Notes: generated from the sequence alone by a model not told the origin. A stretch of 64,000 nucleotides of DNA from Octopus sinensis (GCF_006345805.1 NC_043010.1:61256001-61320000); one strand, 5' to 3'. Numbered from the stretch's first letter, positions 22,725 through 36,380 are shown. Made by a program: numbers and translations.

Positions 22725-23352
22725 TATTAATGATTTCAAATTTTGGTACAAGGCCAGCAATTTTGGGAGGGGTCAAGTTGATTGCATTGACCCCAGTACA
22801 CAACTGGTACTTATTTTATTAACCCTAAAAGGATGAAAGGCAAAATCAACCTCAGCAGAATTTGAACTCAGAACATGAGGACAGACAAAATGCCGATTAA
22901 GCATTTTTTGCTCAGACTGCGAACAATTCTGCCAGCTTGCTGCCTTAATAATAATAATAATAATAATAATAATCCTTTCTACTACAGGCACACGGTCCAA
23001 AATTTTGGGAGAGGGGTTAAGTTGATTACATCAACCTCAGGACTAAACTGGTCCTCATCAACTCCAAGAGGATGAAAGGCAAAGTCGACCTTGGCAGAAT
23101 TTGAACTCAGAACATAAAGATGGACAAAATACCAATTTCTTTACTACCCACAAGGGGCTAAACACAGAGAGGACAAACAAGGACAGACAAACGGATTAAG
23201 TTGATTATATTGACCCCAGAGCGTAACTGGTACTTATTTAATCGAGCCCAAAAGGATGAAAGGCAAAGTCGACCTCGGTGGAATTTGAACTCAGAACGTA
23301 ACGGCAGACAAAATACCACTAAGCATTTTGCCTGGTGTGCTCACGATTCCAA
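22725..23352 (-). mobile_element. Three head-to-tail SINE family B copies
   Basis: Three occurrences of the block ...ACTGGT...CCC.AAAGGATGAAAGGCAAAGTCGACCT..G.AGAATTTGAACTCAGAAC, homologous to the intact plus-strand copy at 36857-37092. Confidence 0.8.
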
Positions 23353-23384
23353 TAGTTCATTGCCATAAATAATAATAATAATAA

Positions 23385-23935
23385 AATGCCCTGATGCAGT
23401 ACCAGGCAGTGGTTCTCATGGCTTCTGATCTTAACTGATTGGAAGTGTTATCATGTACATTGTTTTGTCTTGGTATAAAAGATGGGACTACAGCAAATAT
23501 TCTGCTCAATACCACAGATTTGCTTGTCGGTTGTTTGACCGTAACCAGTTGAACATGTCCCTTAGTGGCTGACGATATTTGCATCTCTGATCATGAGCAG
23601 AAGTAGTGGGGGAGCATCATAGCCACGTGTTGAGAGGAATTCTTTGGGTTTGAATAATTCACCTCTGGACACCTCTGTTCAACATCCTTAAACAACCCTT
23701 ACTCAGGAACCTTTTGAGTGGGATGGGCTACTCAACTTGAAGAAACATCCTAACTGGGTGCCACCTGCAAGGTCAATGTGCTGTTTATCTTGATATGAGA
23801 GCATTATGTTCCACACACTTGGTTGTGATGTATGTGCCTGGTGTACCCTTATCAGATAGGTATACTGGGCTTCATATATTTATGCCCCAATGTGACTCTG
23901 ATGGCACACACTGCTCTTTCACTCAATAATAATAA
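23385..23935. repeat. Unclassified ~550-bp interspersed repeat bounded by (TAA)n
   Basis: Non-microsatellite block flanked by TAA runs inside a retroposon stack. It resembles an octopus repeat from memory; there is no second copy in this window. Confidence 0.35.
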
Positions 23936-23989
23936 CAATTATGGCCTCTCCCACTGAAGACGACGTATGAATATTCAGCTTTTGCCAAA

Positions 23990-24238
23990 CGATTGGTAAA
24001 AATGATTTGTTTCTAGAGATAAAATGCTTGTGCCACACATCAGCTCATCCCTTCTATCAAACCAATGTTACCTGAACAGGTGCACAAGTGTACCCCACAT
24101 CACGTGTTGAAGTGATCGCGGAACAACACGAAACGAAGTGATTTGCTCAAGAACACAACACACCACCTGGCCTAGGAACTGAAACCACAATCTTGTGGTC
24201 GTGAGTACAACACCCTAACCACTGAGCCATGCGCCCCA
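23990..24238 (-). mobile_element. CORE-type SINE
   Basis: Minus-strand tRNA head (GGGCGCATGGCTCAGTGGTTAGGG) plus GTGTTCTTGAGCAAATCACTTC. Confidence 0.7.
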
Positions 24239-25251
24239 TACCACCACCACTACTACTACTACTAATAATAATAATAGCTTCCAATTTTGAGACACGCCAT
24301 CGATTTTAGAATCGAGGTCAGTCAGTTACACTGATTCCATCCATCACCCTGGGACTAAACTAGTATTCATTTCATCAACCCCAAAATGATGAAAAGCAAA
24401 GTCAACTTCAGTGGAATTTGAACTCAGGAGCCAGAAGAGATTCCACGAAGCATTTTTACCCAATTCACTAAGGATTCTTCAAGTTCCTTACCTAAACTAT
24501 AATAATATGCATGACAAACACACACATTCGATATGTATATTATTGATCATCATCATCATTTTAATGTCCACTTTTCCATGGGTCAGACAGAATCTGCTGA
24601 GGTAGATTTTCTACAGCCAGATGACCTCCCAGCCATATTAACCCATACTTGTATCACATTCTTCCCCCCACCCCTAATACCCTTATGATACAACATTGCA
24701 CTCCAGACTACAGTATCGCGTAATTTGCCCTTCACTCAGGGAAAGAGAATGCAACTAGTAAAGACAATATTTCCCTGATCCTTTCCCACAGTATCCTTGC
24801 GCTGGAAAATATACTTTCAGAACACATTTCTCTGATTATTTGGTCCCCTAGGTAACAAGCTACCAACTACTCTTAGGGAGCCATCCTGACTTCTGTACAA
24901 CTGCTACACATGCAGTTCTTGCCTGTGTGTCAGTCTGCCACTGGTCCTTCTATGTCTTGTGCACCCCTAGTTTACTGTGGGTATCTACACACACACACAC
25001 ATTTTCGTAACCTAGATTATCCATATTAACCAGTGTCAAGGCTGCCAACATAAAGAACATGATCACTCTTGCAGAAACAGCAAAGAAGAAGATAAAACTG
25101 CCAACATCAAACAGTTTTCGAAAGAGACGTGGAACAGTTACTCGGCCTATTGATGCAGGTTAAGTTTACACTGTACCAGATTCTGTAAATGGTTGTTGTG
25201 ATATGTAGGGCTGGAACATATACCACCTGACCAGTAATGGACACAGGTCAG

Positions 25252-25873
25252 TTAACCCTTTCGTTACCAACCCAGCTGAAACCTGCTCTGGCAAATGTCT
25301 TGTTTTCAAAAGTTCTGAATTAAAATCTTCCACCAAACCTTAGTCACAATTTATGTTCCTAACATTAGCTGAATGATACTCTTTACTCTCTTTTACTTGT
25401 TTCAGTCAATTTGACTGCGGCCATGCTGGAGCACCGCCTTTTAGTCGAGCAAATCGACCCCAGGACTTATTCTTTGTAAGCCTAGTACTTATTCTATCGG
25501 TCTCTTTTGCCGAACCACTAAGTGACGGGGACATAAACACACCAGCATCGGTTGTCAAGCAATGCTAGGGGGACAAACACAGACACACAAACAAATATAT
25601 ATATATATATACATATATACGACAGGCTTCTTTCAGTTTCTGTCTACCAAATCCACTCACAAGGCATTGGTCGGCCCGGGGCTATAGCAGAAGACACTTG
25701 CCCAAGATGCCACGCAGTGGGACTGAACCCGGAACCATGTGGTTGGTTAGCAAGCTACTTACCACACAGCCACTCCTGCGCCTAAGTTATTTTATTAAAT
25801 TCTCTGTTATATTTAAAATTAATTGAAAGAAACACAGATCATCTGAACAGAAATATGGTAACGAAAATGTTAG
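25252..25873. mobile_element. TTAA/CCCT-ended MITE with a nested SINE-A (25379-25782, minus strand)
   Basis: Left TTAACCCTTTCGTTACC versus right GGTAACGAAAATGTTAG (14/17 complementary); a complete SINE-A lies inside. Confidence 0.65.
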
Positions 25874-26099
25874 CCTGCTCCATGTCTGGTGAAGAATACA
25901 GACTGTCTTAGATGCTGGTCTGTGAATTAAAAGGTTTGATTTTCCCCAACAAATACCATTCCAGGTATTTATTGATCTCTGGTCATTTTGTGTTATAGAC
26001 TTTGCTCATTGACTCCTTATTGATAGGGATTACAATGGGCCTTAACCATTCTGTAGCCATGCATCCCTTTGCTCCCCTTTTTACTCTACTGAGCCCTCA

Positions 26100-26402
26100 T
26101 ATTCTTTTATTCTTTTGTTTCACTTGCCTGACTGTGGCCATGCTAAAGCACCACCTTAAAGGGTTTTCTTTAGTCAAAGGAATTGACCCCAGGATTTATT
26201 CTTTGTAAACCTAGTACTTATTCTATCAGTCTCTCTAGTTGAACTGCTAAGTTACGAGGATGTAAACACACCAACATCAGTTGTCAAGCAATGGTAGTGA
26301 GACACAAAGGCACACACACACAATGGGCTTCTTTCAGTTTCCGTCTACCAAATCCACTCACAAGGCTTTGGTTGGCCTAAGGCTATAGTAGAAGACACTT
26401 GC
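26100..26402 (-). mobile_element. SINE family A, head truncated
   Basis: Homology to 25379-25782. Confidence 0.7.
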
Positions 26403-26467
26403 AAAATAGTAAATTAGGGAGCCACAGCAGTATTTAAAAGATACATTACAAAAATATTTGCTTTAGA

Positions 26468-26706
26468 TATATTTATTTCTTTATTGCCCACAGGGGGCTA
26501 AACATAGAGGGGACAAACAAGGACAGACAAAGGGATTAAGTCGATTACATCGACCCCAGTGTGTAACTGGTACTTATTTAATCGGCCCCGAAAAGATGAA
26601 AGGCAAAGTTGACCTTGGCGGAATTTGAACTCAGAACGTAATGACAGATGAAATACCACCAAGCATTTCGCCCGGTGTGCTAACGATTCTGCCAGCTTGC
26701 TGCCTT
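26468..26706 (-). mobile_element. SINE family B
   Basis: Reverse complement of 36857-37092. Confidence 0.8.
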
Positions 26707-28136
26707 TTTAGATGTATTTATTGGAAGAAAGAGCTTGGTCTTTTCATTAATGTTCCTACAGAGTTCAAACTGCAGGAATAGCAAAATAGGGATTTAAAAA
26801 GAAGTCTCTACAAAACTAGTTTTTCAATATCAAATGGCTATAGGGGTCCACCAGAGTAAAATAACAAACAAAGGGGTCCAGAGGCGAAAAAATGGTTGGG
26901 AACTCTTGGTTTAACCCTCGGTCACATATTCAACTGATGCTGCCAATACAGAGGTGTACAACAACTCAACAGAGATGACTAAAAAGGAGACAGAATGCTG
27001 CTGCAAGAAAAGGAACAGAGGAAGAAGAGCCAAAGGAAGAGGAAGAGTGCAGAGGATAAATGGTAAGAATTGAAAATAAAGGTTGAACTGAGAAAATGGT
27101 TTGGTGGCTTGTTTCATGCTTCTGCTGTTTTTAGCTGTCTATATGGTTGTGAGTGGACACAAACCCTGTGTTATAGACTTCCTACCTTGGATTCAATAGA
27201 ACATTGAAGATGTGACAGCTGGAAGGAGAAAGGGTTGCATTGGGAGGGGGTTGTTATTCAATTTCAGCTGAGCAATGTGAAACGAAGTGCCTTGCTCAAA
27301 GACACAATGTGTCGCCTAGTTTAGAAATTGGACCCTTCAACCCATGACAGACCTTATAACCCTTAGTCCAACCCCCATAAATACTACGCTACGCTTCTTT
27401 TTAGATAAGAACTGTAAGAAAGCCATAAAGAGGAGAAGAGCATGAAAGAGATTAAGGGATTAAGCTTGGAACTTTTGAAGGCCACGAGAGATCATCCTCA
27501 TAATTTTACTCATCATTTTGATATGGGTTGCACAGGTCCACCATCACATTTCTTGAAACTTTGTCACCTCAACTATAAATCTCAAACACTTCAACCTACA
27601 TCATCCTTTGTTCTTTGACCACGACCACCTCCTCTTCTTCTACTGCCCCCCCCCCACTATCAACCCTCACCAGGGGTCTGTACCAGCACCATTACCTCTC
27701 CTATATACATTAGTTGACATCTTTGACCCTTTCACACCAACCCACGTTGAGACCGCTCTTGGTTCCTTGTTACTACCTTCCTGTCTTAAAGCGATCGAAA
27801 TTAAAATCTTCCACCAAAATTGCCCGTCCATCCGTGCCAAACACCAGCTAAATAACGACAAAAGTATTTTACAAAACTTTTCATTCATTTCAAAAATTAA
27901 TTGAAATAAAGGCAGTGTATTTCACCATGGCAACGAAAGGGGTTTCATATCCCACCACACTCTCAGCTTACTTCAATCTTGTCTTTCATATCAGTCAGCA
28001 TCCACTCTGGCCTCATCTTCTCTCTTCTACATCCTACATCCATCAACACTCATCTCTTACATCACATTGTCCTGCCATCTGTACAGACGAGGTGGAACAT
28101 TGCAGTGTAAGGGGACTGTACTCTTGATTACACTAG

Positions 28137-28272
28137 AGGTGCTGGAGAAAGACGTCTACCACTTGTGTTTGATAATCGCCAGGTGCTGGAGAAAGACGTC
28201 TACCACTTGTGTTTGATAATCGCCAGGTGCTGGAGAAAGACGTCTACCACTTGTGTTTGATAATCGCCAGGT
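28137..28272. repeat. Three perfect tandem copies of a 44-bp unit
   Basis: AGGTGCTGGAGAAAGACGTCTACCACTTGTGTTTGATAATCGCC at 28137, 28181 and 28225, then AGGT; no spacers. Confidence 0.95.
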
Positions 28273-30384
28273 CCTTCTCGAACGAGCGACGTAATAGAAA
28301 GGAAGTGATCCCCCAAACCCTCATCTGTTATCCAGAAATAGAACAGAACACCCTGATATGCAGATAGTAAACACTGACGCAATACAGTGGAGCGAGATGG
28401 CAGTCTTGTAAATTGTTGCCCGTTGTAGGTCCTCAAATCTCTAACCAACTTTCTTCTCTATTCACACAAGACATGAATCACGGTGCCTGAGAGACAGAAA
28501 CCTCTTATCTTTTCCGACGGCAATTAGTGACTGATATCGTTTCCATAGTGAAATCACCCCTGCAACTCAATTTTTTTTTTTAAAGTCTGCAAATAAAGAC
28601 CTCAAAGCCTGAAATGTTTTTAAGGGTTAGCCCTGAGCTCCGTTTTCGTGGTGTCAAGTAGAAGCGAGATCAATTTCAGGGGTTCACATATACCTTAGTG
28701 CCTCGAACTAAAAGCAAATGGAACTGGGAAGTATATAGAAAATGTTTCGTTCAGAAAAATTTTCGGTGGATTTGAACTCACAATTATAGTGTAGAAAGTC
28801 CAGAGTATAGACATGGCTGCGAGGTTAAGAGCTTTACAACTTTGTGGTTTCAGGTTTGATCCCAATCAGTGGGACTTTGAATAAGTGTTCCCTTTTAGGG
28901 TGCAGAGTAGAACGACAATATCCTCACCACCTTCATCATTATGTTCATTTTACATCTGCTTTCTATGCTGGCATAGGTTGAAGGGATCCACAAGATTTAA
29001 TAAGCTAGACGACCACATCTTGTTCCAGTGTATCAGATTCAGCATGGTTTCTATAACTGAATGCTCTCCCTAACACCAACCACTTTATAGAGAGTCCTGG
29101 GTGCATTTGCTTTTTGTGGCAACAGCACAGAGGGGTCGTCACAGCTCTTCACAAGACTAAAGTGTTCTCTCAACATTGCACGTTATATCTGCTCAATTCA
29201 TCAACTACTTTATAGTGTAGTAAGAACGTTTTTTTTTCTTTTCCCACAGCATCAATAGTAGCGATGTTACCTTGTCTAAAAATCCCCGCTGACTGGAAGT
29301 ATGAATAAGAGAGTGATGGCTTGAGGTGAGATGTTGAAAGAAATTAAAATAGGATGAAAAGGACAAATCATTGATATGGGATGGTGGACGATGGTGAGAA
29401 TGAGAAAGGAAACTGTGTCAGGAGGAGAGAGAAAGGGAGAGTAATGGAAGGGATGGAGAAAAGAGGAAGGAAACGAGATGCATTTAGAGTTAGAGAGGAA
29501 CAAGGTGACTGGAATTTTGGCAGTCTATTAGTGGAACCACCCCTGTTGTTGAGAAGTAGACCTAATCTATTGCACCCAGTTTAAGCCCTTTTACTTGGCA
29601 TTGAGGTGAGATTAACACAGTCCACTCCGCTACAGTTGAACCAAGTCTCTGGTCTACAGACATCTTCCTCCCGCCAGTCATGGAGCCCCTCCCCCCCCCC
29701 AAAAAGGGGGGGGTCATGAGCACCATTCTTCCTCACCTGGTTACAGGCTTAAATATAAAAACCTCATCATGGTCTGGTCAGTGGAAGAAGTGTGCAAGTA
29801 TGACTGGCCAGATTATTTGAAAAAGTGCCATGCATGAAAGACACCAAAAAAGCCAGGTTAAACAGGGCAACATATTATTTCTAAACACATAAAAAAAAAA
29901 AGAAAAAAATCCTTGTGATGGATTTCTGCCCAGTTTATGTTCACTAAGAGTCAAAACTATTGAAAAGGTTGCAAGATGCAACGAAAATTTTAGGACAATA
30001 AAAATAAGAAAAAAGTGGAAATTTTACTGGTGAGTGTGTTACATTATAAGGCACAAAAAGAAAATGACTCTCCCCAGACACAACAGAATATGCTTCAACA
30101 CACAAACTCATATAAAGAATCTTGCAAACCAAATCCAAAAACGAAATATGTTCACTAAATTTCACTGATATGGTTTTGGTTGATCAATAACTAGAGTAGA
30201 AAACACTTCTTTAAGATACTGTTCAGGAGGATCAAACCTTGAAATTGTGTGATTATCAGGTAGATTTCTTGACCCCATGGCCTAAGCTTGCATCCACTTC
30301 ACCTCAGTCTAACCTAAATGGATGTTCAATAGGTTAATGCATTGACTATTGGACTACCAACTACTGCACCACAAGTTCAAATTC

Positions 30385-30732
30385 ACTTTCATTCTCGCTC
30401 ACAACATCATAAGCGGAAAGTGTAACTTCTCGAAGGAGCTGGTCTTCACTCCTGCTCCAGAGCGTCAGCTGCAGGGTCACTCCGAAAAGCTCTATCTGCG
30501 ACGATTTCATCTCAATCGAAGGAGAGGAGCTTTCTCCGTCCGGGTTGCGGATCCGTGGAACAAGCTGCCAGACGAGATGGTGAAGATGCCAACGACCGCT
30601 TTGTTCAAAGTCTCCCTTGACCTCAAGTGGCCTGAACTCTTTACATGAACACCACCCTGTACTTAACTCCATGTCCCCCTACATGGCCTTGCTTTTTGCT
30701 TTTGAGCCAAAAAATTAACTAACTAACTAACT
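30385..30732 (+). mobile_element. 3' end of a CR1-type LINE
   Basis: Encodes ILAHNIISGKCNF...LQGHSEKLYLRRFHLNRRRGAFSVRVADPWNKLPDEMV...FKVSLD (CR1 ORF2 C-terminus pattern GH..KL...F..R....WN.LP), then a short UTR and (TAAC)n tail. Confidence 0.85.
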
Positions 30733-30929
30733 TCAGGAATGTGTAAGTTTCTGGATGTTTGGGGGACTTGGTACCAGAAATTCTGGGATTATCACCTGCA
30801 ATAAACTGGAATCTTTTATTGGGAGATTTATCTCTCATTTACTGCTCAGACTAAATTTGATGATTTTTTAAAAAATGTCTCCTTGTTTTTGGGAAGAGCT
30901 TGATGTATCAATGAACAATCAATGGCATT

Positions 30930-31545
30930 GGAAAGAATCAATATTGAAGTCGTAGTTCAGAAAAAGTTAGCTGATATGGAAGACTGGAAGCCATTTGAAT
31001 ATCGGAAGAGGTTTACCTGTATCAGGAAGATTTGTGTCAGGTGTCAAAATGCCAACATCATTACTGCTGCTCAAGGCTTTGTGTACATTGTAAAAGTTGT
31101 AAGACGTGACATGGACAACTGCAGTGAAGACTACAAAGCTGTGGCTAGCAGGTCTTTGAGTGTGTCCCCAGTGAGAGTGAAGTTATGCTGCCCCACATCT
31201 TTGAAAAGGGTCTTAAGATAACTATGGGAAGCTACTGGAAGGCCATGTCTGGAAGCAGGATTTGGCTCCTTGCCATACCACTGGAAAGAGTCAGAAGTGG
31301 TTGTCATGAGAATTTCTAGGATTTCACAAGCCCCAATTTCTGGTATAATTTCATGGATTACTGTGTAGGGTCTGTGGTTGAGAAAGACACCAACTGTAAT
31401 AGCAAAACTGAGACGGTGGCCAAGATCAAGGAGGTGTTCCAAAATCTTCCTAAGAACCTATGCACCAGGTTCTGGAGCCATCTTAAAGCCATGCTGAAAG
31501 CCAAGGGAAACATACTTCTCATCCTTGATCTGATATTTTTTTATG
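30930..31545 (+). mobile_element. Heavily decayed second Tc1/mariner (maT-like) transposase fragment
   Basis: Remnants HTTGKSQKWL, MDYCV and KIKEVFQNLPKNLCTRFWSHLKAMLKAKG resemble the DD37D C-terminus; no TIRs found. Confidence 0.55.
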
Positions 31546-31874
31546 TTTTTTAAATACTTTTATCTTTTGGTTGGGGTATTGTGTTTCCCTTCCCTTTTAT
31601 GTGAACTGTCAAATTTAGCCCAAACACTCTGTAATGTCTTAAAACTGAAACCCCTGCCCTTTATAAGAAATATTTTTAAGACACACTCACTGAATCATTT
31701 AAATTTTGTTTCTCCAACAAAACTTTGTTTTCTGTTGATGATATTCTCAACAGCTGAGATAATTAAATGACTCTTAAGTAGCTTGATTGCTCATAAAACA
31801 ATCACAATTGTTCAGATTATTAACCTTGTCATAAGAGACTGAAAGATTTTTTAATATTTACACATACACTAAAG

Positions 31875-32085
31875 CAGTGAGCCGGTAGATCATTTGCATG
31901 CCAGGCACAATGCTTAGCAACATTTCGTCTAAGTTCAAATGCCACTGGGATCATCTTTGCTTTTCATCCTTTCAAGGTCGATAAAATAAGTACTAGTTGA
32001 GCACTAGGGTCAATGCAATTGACTAACCCCAACCCCAGAAACTGCTGGCCTTGTGCCAAAATTTGAAACCAATATTTACACTCAC
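31875..32085 (+). mobile_element. SINE family B, degenerate
   Basis: Contains TTTGCTTTTCATCCTTTCAAGGTCGATAAAATAAGTAC, as in other B copies. Confidence 0.65.
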
Positions 32086-32549
32086 ACACTATCATCATCA
32101 TTTAACGTCCATGTTCCATACTGGCATGGGCTGGGCAGTATGACCTGGAGCTGGCCAGCCGTGGAGCTATCCAGACTACATTTGTCTGTTGTGACATGGT
32201 TTCTACGGGCGGATGCCCTTCCTGATGCCATGTTTTGATCAATCTGATCACTGATCGACATCAGGTGCCTTCTGGTGCTGGTGCTACACACGAAAATCCC
32301 CCAGTGCACTTTGTGAATGAGTTGGTGTTAGAAAGGGCCTCCAGCTGCAGATACCAAGCTAAAACAGACTCTGGACCCTAGCGTGGCACCTTGTCCTGCC
32401 AGCACCTGTCTGCATGGGAAATAGATATTAAATGATGACAGTTGGAGATCAAATGGATCAGTGGGCTACATGTAAATATTTAAAAAAACGCTTCATCTGT
32501 AAAGACGAGGTCATTAGTTTATCAGGAATAAAATTCCAGAACGTGATTC

Positions 32550-32930
32550 TCATCATCATCATCGTTTAACGTCCGCTTCCCATGCTAGCATGGGTTGGAC
32601 AATTTGACTGAGGACTGGTGACCCAGATGGCTGTACCAGGCTCCAATCTTGATCTGGCAGAGTTTCTACAGCTGGATGCCTTTCCTAACGCCAACCACTC
32701 AGAGTGTAGTGGGTGCTTTTATGTGCCACTGGTACGAGGGCCAATCTGGCGGTACTGGGAACAGCCACACTCAAATGGTGCTTTTTATGTGCCATCTGCA
32801 CAGGAGCAAGTCCAGCAGTACTAACATGGACCTTGCTCGAATGTCTTTTCATGTGCCACCAGCACAAGTGCCAATAAGGTGACGCAGGTAATGTTTCACG
32901 TGCCACCAGCACAAGTGCCAGTAAGGCGGA
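32550..32930 (-). mobile_element. RTE subfamily-1 3'-UTR fragment
   Basis: Colinear with 15052-15400 and 39886-40230. Confidence 0.75.
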
Positions 32931-33019
32931 GTTCAATTGTTGAATGAATGAGAACAACAACATTAAAGTCACTCCATGAAGAATATGGTTTGAACATTGG
33001 AGGATTATTGCAGGAGATG

Positions 33020-33345
33020 GTTGTGTCTGTGGCACGACTGGCACTCCATCAGTTACAGTAACAAGAGTTCCAATGGATCCAATCAACAGAACAGCTTGCT
33101 TGTGATATTAATGTGCAAGTGGCTGAGTGTTCCACAGACACACATGCCCTTGACGTAGAGATTCAGCACAACACAGAATGTGACAGGGCTGGCCTTTTAA
33201 ATTACAGGCACTGATCATTTTTGTCAACTGGGACAACGTGAAATAAAGTGTCTTGCTCAAGGACTCAATGTGTGCCTGGATATCAAACTCACAGCCTTAC
33301 ATTTGTAAGCTGAATACCCTAACCATTAGGCTAAGTGCCTTCGCT
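33020..33345 (-). mobile_element. CORE-type SINE, degenerate
   Basis: GTGAAATAAAGTGTCTTGCTCAAGGAC (reverse CORE-like block) and a tRNA-like end CCCTAACCATTAGGCTAAGTGCCTTC. Confidence 0.6.
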
Positions 33346-33429
33346 AATGGTAGAGACATCACAGACAGGCAGACAGCTATAGTATGTTAACATCATGGCT
33401 TGATGCATCCACTAACCATGAAATCAGTC

Positions 33430-33626
33430 TTAATCCTTCAGCATTTAAACTGGTCAGATCCAGCCAAAATATTCTGCCAGTTTTATGTTCAAACCAACCT
33501 GATCTGGCCTCTCACACCTACCCTAACATGTCACTGAAATCTCAAAAGAAGAAGATAATTGAAAACAATGTAAATAAATAGGCATTACATTTATTTACAG
33601 AATAATCTGAACGTTAAAGGGTTCAA
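33430..33626. mobile_element. piggyBac-like MITE (degenerate TIRs)
   Basis: TTAATCCTTCAGCATT ... AACGTTAAAGGGTTCA; homologous to 22274-22462. Confidence 0.5.
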
Positions 33627-35699
33627 CTACAACAAATAAGGTGTTGCTGCTTAGCCCTGACCCCATCCTGTCTCAGCTGAACCATGGTTAAGTATTCCAG
33701 GCATGACCGTCCCATCATCTTTAGGGTTAATATACCTAGCACTCAGGGCTGTCTTAACAGCATCATAGCCATACCCCCCCCCCCCGTCAAGTAAGACACT
33801 AAAGCCTGTAGTATTTGACAAATTACAACATTCATGGATTTACAGTGGGCCCCTAGTATCTGTCCACTGTGTCCATGCCTTAAGACAGTACAGCCAGGAG
33901 TACATTATCTGATGCCCTACCATGTTTAGAATGGTAGAATATGATTTGAGGGAGATTCAGTTGATATTTCTAGCAAGAAGAGCAACCTTTTAAAAGCTTC
34001 CTTCTTATAAGATGTTCATGAAAGGTCAGCATTATTGATGAAGCTTGCAAGATACAAGATTTTGGTTTGGAAGAGCCTGTGAAGGCCCTGAATATGCCTT
34101 CCTCAACCAACCACCCAGATTACACCAACAAAACATCAGCACCTGATTCAACTTTTTGTCCCACCAAAAGCTGAAGTTTAAGAAAAGAGAAGGGTGTGGG
34201 TTGGGGTGGAGTAGACTGGGGGTAGACAAAGATTCCCAGAAGAGACTTCAATGATTGGCTGAGACTTTCTAATCAATAGACAAAAACTTAATGATCTTCT
34301 GTTTCCATCAACAATAATCAGTTTTCCATTTCAGAAAGGAATATATTGTTGCTTGTCTCAAGATCAACTCTGATCCAGCCACTCGCTGATCAAAGAGGTT
34401 CCAGCTGTGACCATCCTGCCTTTCTTCAGATATAGTCTATTTAGGGAGTGGGTTATGATTTTCTTCACTACTTCAGAGAGTGACAACCCTGCCTGACACG
34501 AGTCCCAGGCTCAGCTGGCTCTGGCTGACAGGCCCCTATCCAGGGTTACAGAAAGGAGACAGCCTTCAAAGAAATCCAGAGTGGAGCCCCATTGGTGGTT
34601 TAGTGTTCGACTTGACACTCTTTCAGCAGCTCCTGCAACCAAGCTGGTGCCAAACATGCTCTGCACTCCTTTGGACTATGTCAGCAAAGTCGAGAGAGGA
34701 ATCGTGACAATTGGGCTACCCAGGATTTTCTTACATCTAGCCCAGGCCTGCGCAAAACTGGAGGACACTTCAGTGCAGCTGTAAAAAGTGGCAGATGTGC
34801 AACTCCATTGTCTCCCGATACAAAAGGATGTCAACAGGAGCACATCATTCAATGGTGATGTCATTATTTAGGTTCAAAGCAGACAATCTGTGACCATGTA
34901 ATGTATTTGGCTACTATTTCTAGCTAGTTAAGCAACCACTGAGGCTCCTTGCTCAACAGCAGCTAGTTGTTGTTTAGCCCCAGGCCAACCTCAATGAAGC
35001 AACCCTATGATCAAAGACATTCCAGCCATGATCATCTCTTCTTTTTATCTAAGTCTCAGTTCATCCCACTTCTACTGGAGCACCAAGTGACTGGAGATCT
35101 TCACCCAGCAACGGTCAAACTCTGTCATGAGCTTTCTACCAAACTAGCCCTGTATCTGCCAAGCTCTCCTCCACACATCTCAACCAGGTCCTGACAAGCC
35201 TGCCTTCCATTCAAGAGAGACTCTCACAGCTCTCTTCAGGAGGATGCAAAGTAATTCCCTCCATCTGACACTGACAGAATCCCAGAGCCAACTCAATCCT
35301 CGGTTTTTCCACAACTTAATTTGTGATGAAGTTGCACCAAGAAATTCTTAGTACACTCCTAAGACAATGCCTGCAAGAGACCTCTGTAGTTTTATAGAAT
35401 TTGTTGTTTGTTTCAAAATTCACAGGCATAAATCATATAAGAACGGATGTATACGGGTGAGGTTTGGCGCATTGGTTGATGGGGGAGTTGGACCATACAT
35501 CATCAGACTAGAGAACTGTCTGAAATACTTCGAACAGAATGGATCCTGCTAAAAGGCCAGGTGTGGGTGGATAGATCCCAAATCATCTTACCTCCTGTCA
35601 TGGTCTCTAGTCCCTAGTCATCTACAACAATAGAATAAGTTGGAAACTTACTTTCTGCCATAGATTTTTTTACAGTTGGACGCCCATACATATAGATGA

Positions 35700-36090
35700 T
35701 CATTGCCAGGTCTGCCTGACTGCCTCTCGTGCTGGTGGCACGTAAAAAGTACCAACCAAACATGGCCAATGCCAGCACTCCCCGACAGACTCTTGTGCTG
35801 GTGGCACATAAAAAGCACCATCCGAATGTGGCCGATGCCACTGACTGGCCCCCATGCTGGTGGCACATAAAAAGCATTCTCTGAAGTGCCTGACTGGATC
35901 CTGTGTAGGTGGCCTGTATAAAGCACCTACTACACTCTTGGAGTGCTTGGCATTAGGAAAGGCATCCAGCTGTAGAAACATTGCCAGATCAGATTGGAGC
36001 CCGGTGCAGCCACCTGGCTCTCCAGACGTCAGTCAAACCGTCCAACCTATGCCAGCACGGAAAACAGACATTAAATGATGATGATGATTT
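35700..36090 (+). mobile_element. RTE-LINE 3'-end fragment with tandem GTGCTGGTGGCAC.TAAAAAGCA repeats
   Basis: Three or more motif copies at 35728-35880; terminal block and (GAT)n tail at 36060-36088. Confidence 0.75.
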
Positions 36091-36380
36091 TATATATATA
36101 ACCATCATCATTAGTTGTCCCCTTTTTCATCCTTGCATGCGTTAAATGAAATTAAATGAGGCCTGTTTCCCACAGCCAAGTGCTCATTCTCTCACCTATT
36201 TCCAAGCAAGGTAATATTTCCCGTGGCCAGGCCTGTTCCTCACAAACACTGAAAACAGCAGCAGCTTCGGTGAATCTCTTCTCTACATCACTCTCTGAGT
36301 GTCCATCATTACTGATGTGTTACTGTCCAGGTACAACTGGACGTGCTGTTGTCTCATTACTAGGGTCATATAATCAGATG

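Noticed and set aside
28137-28272. Direct repeats as a possible CRISPR array
   Set aside because: The repeats are contiguous with no spacers, there are no cas genes, and the context is eukaryotic.
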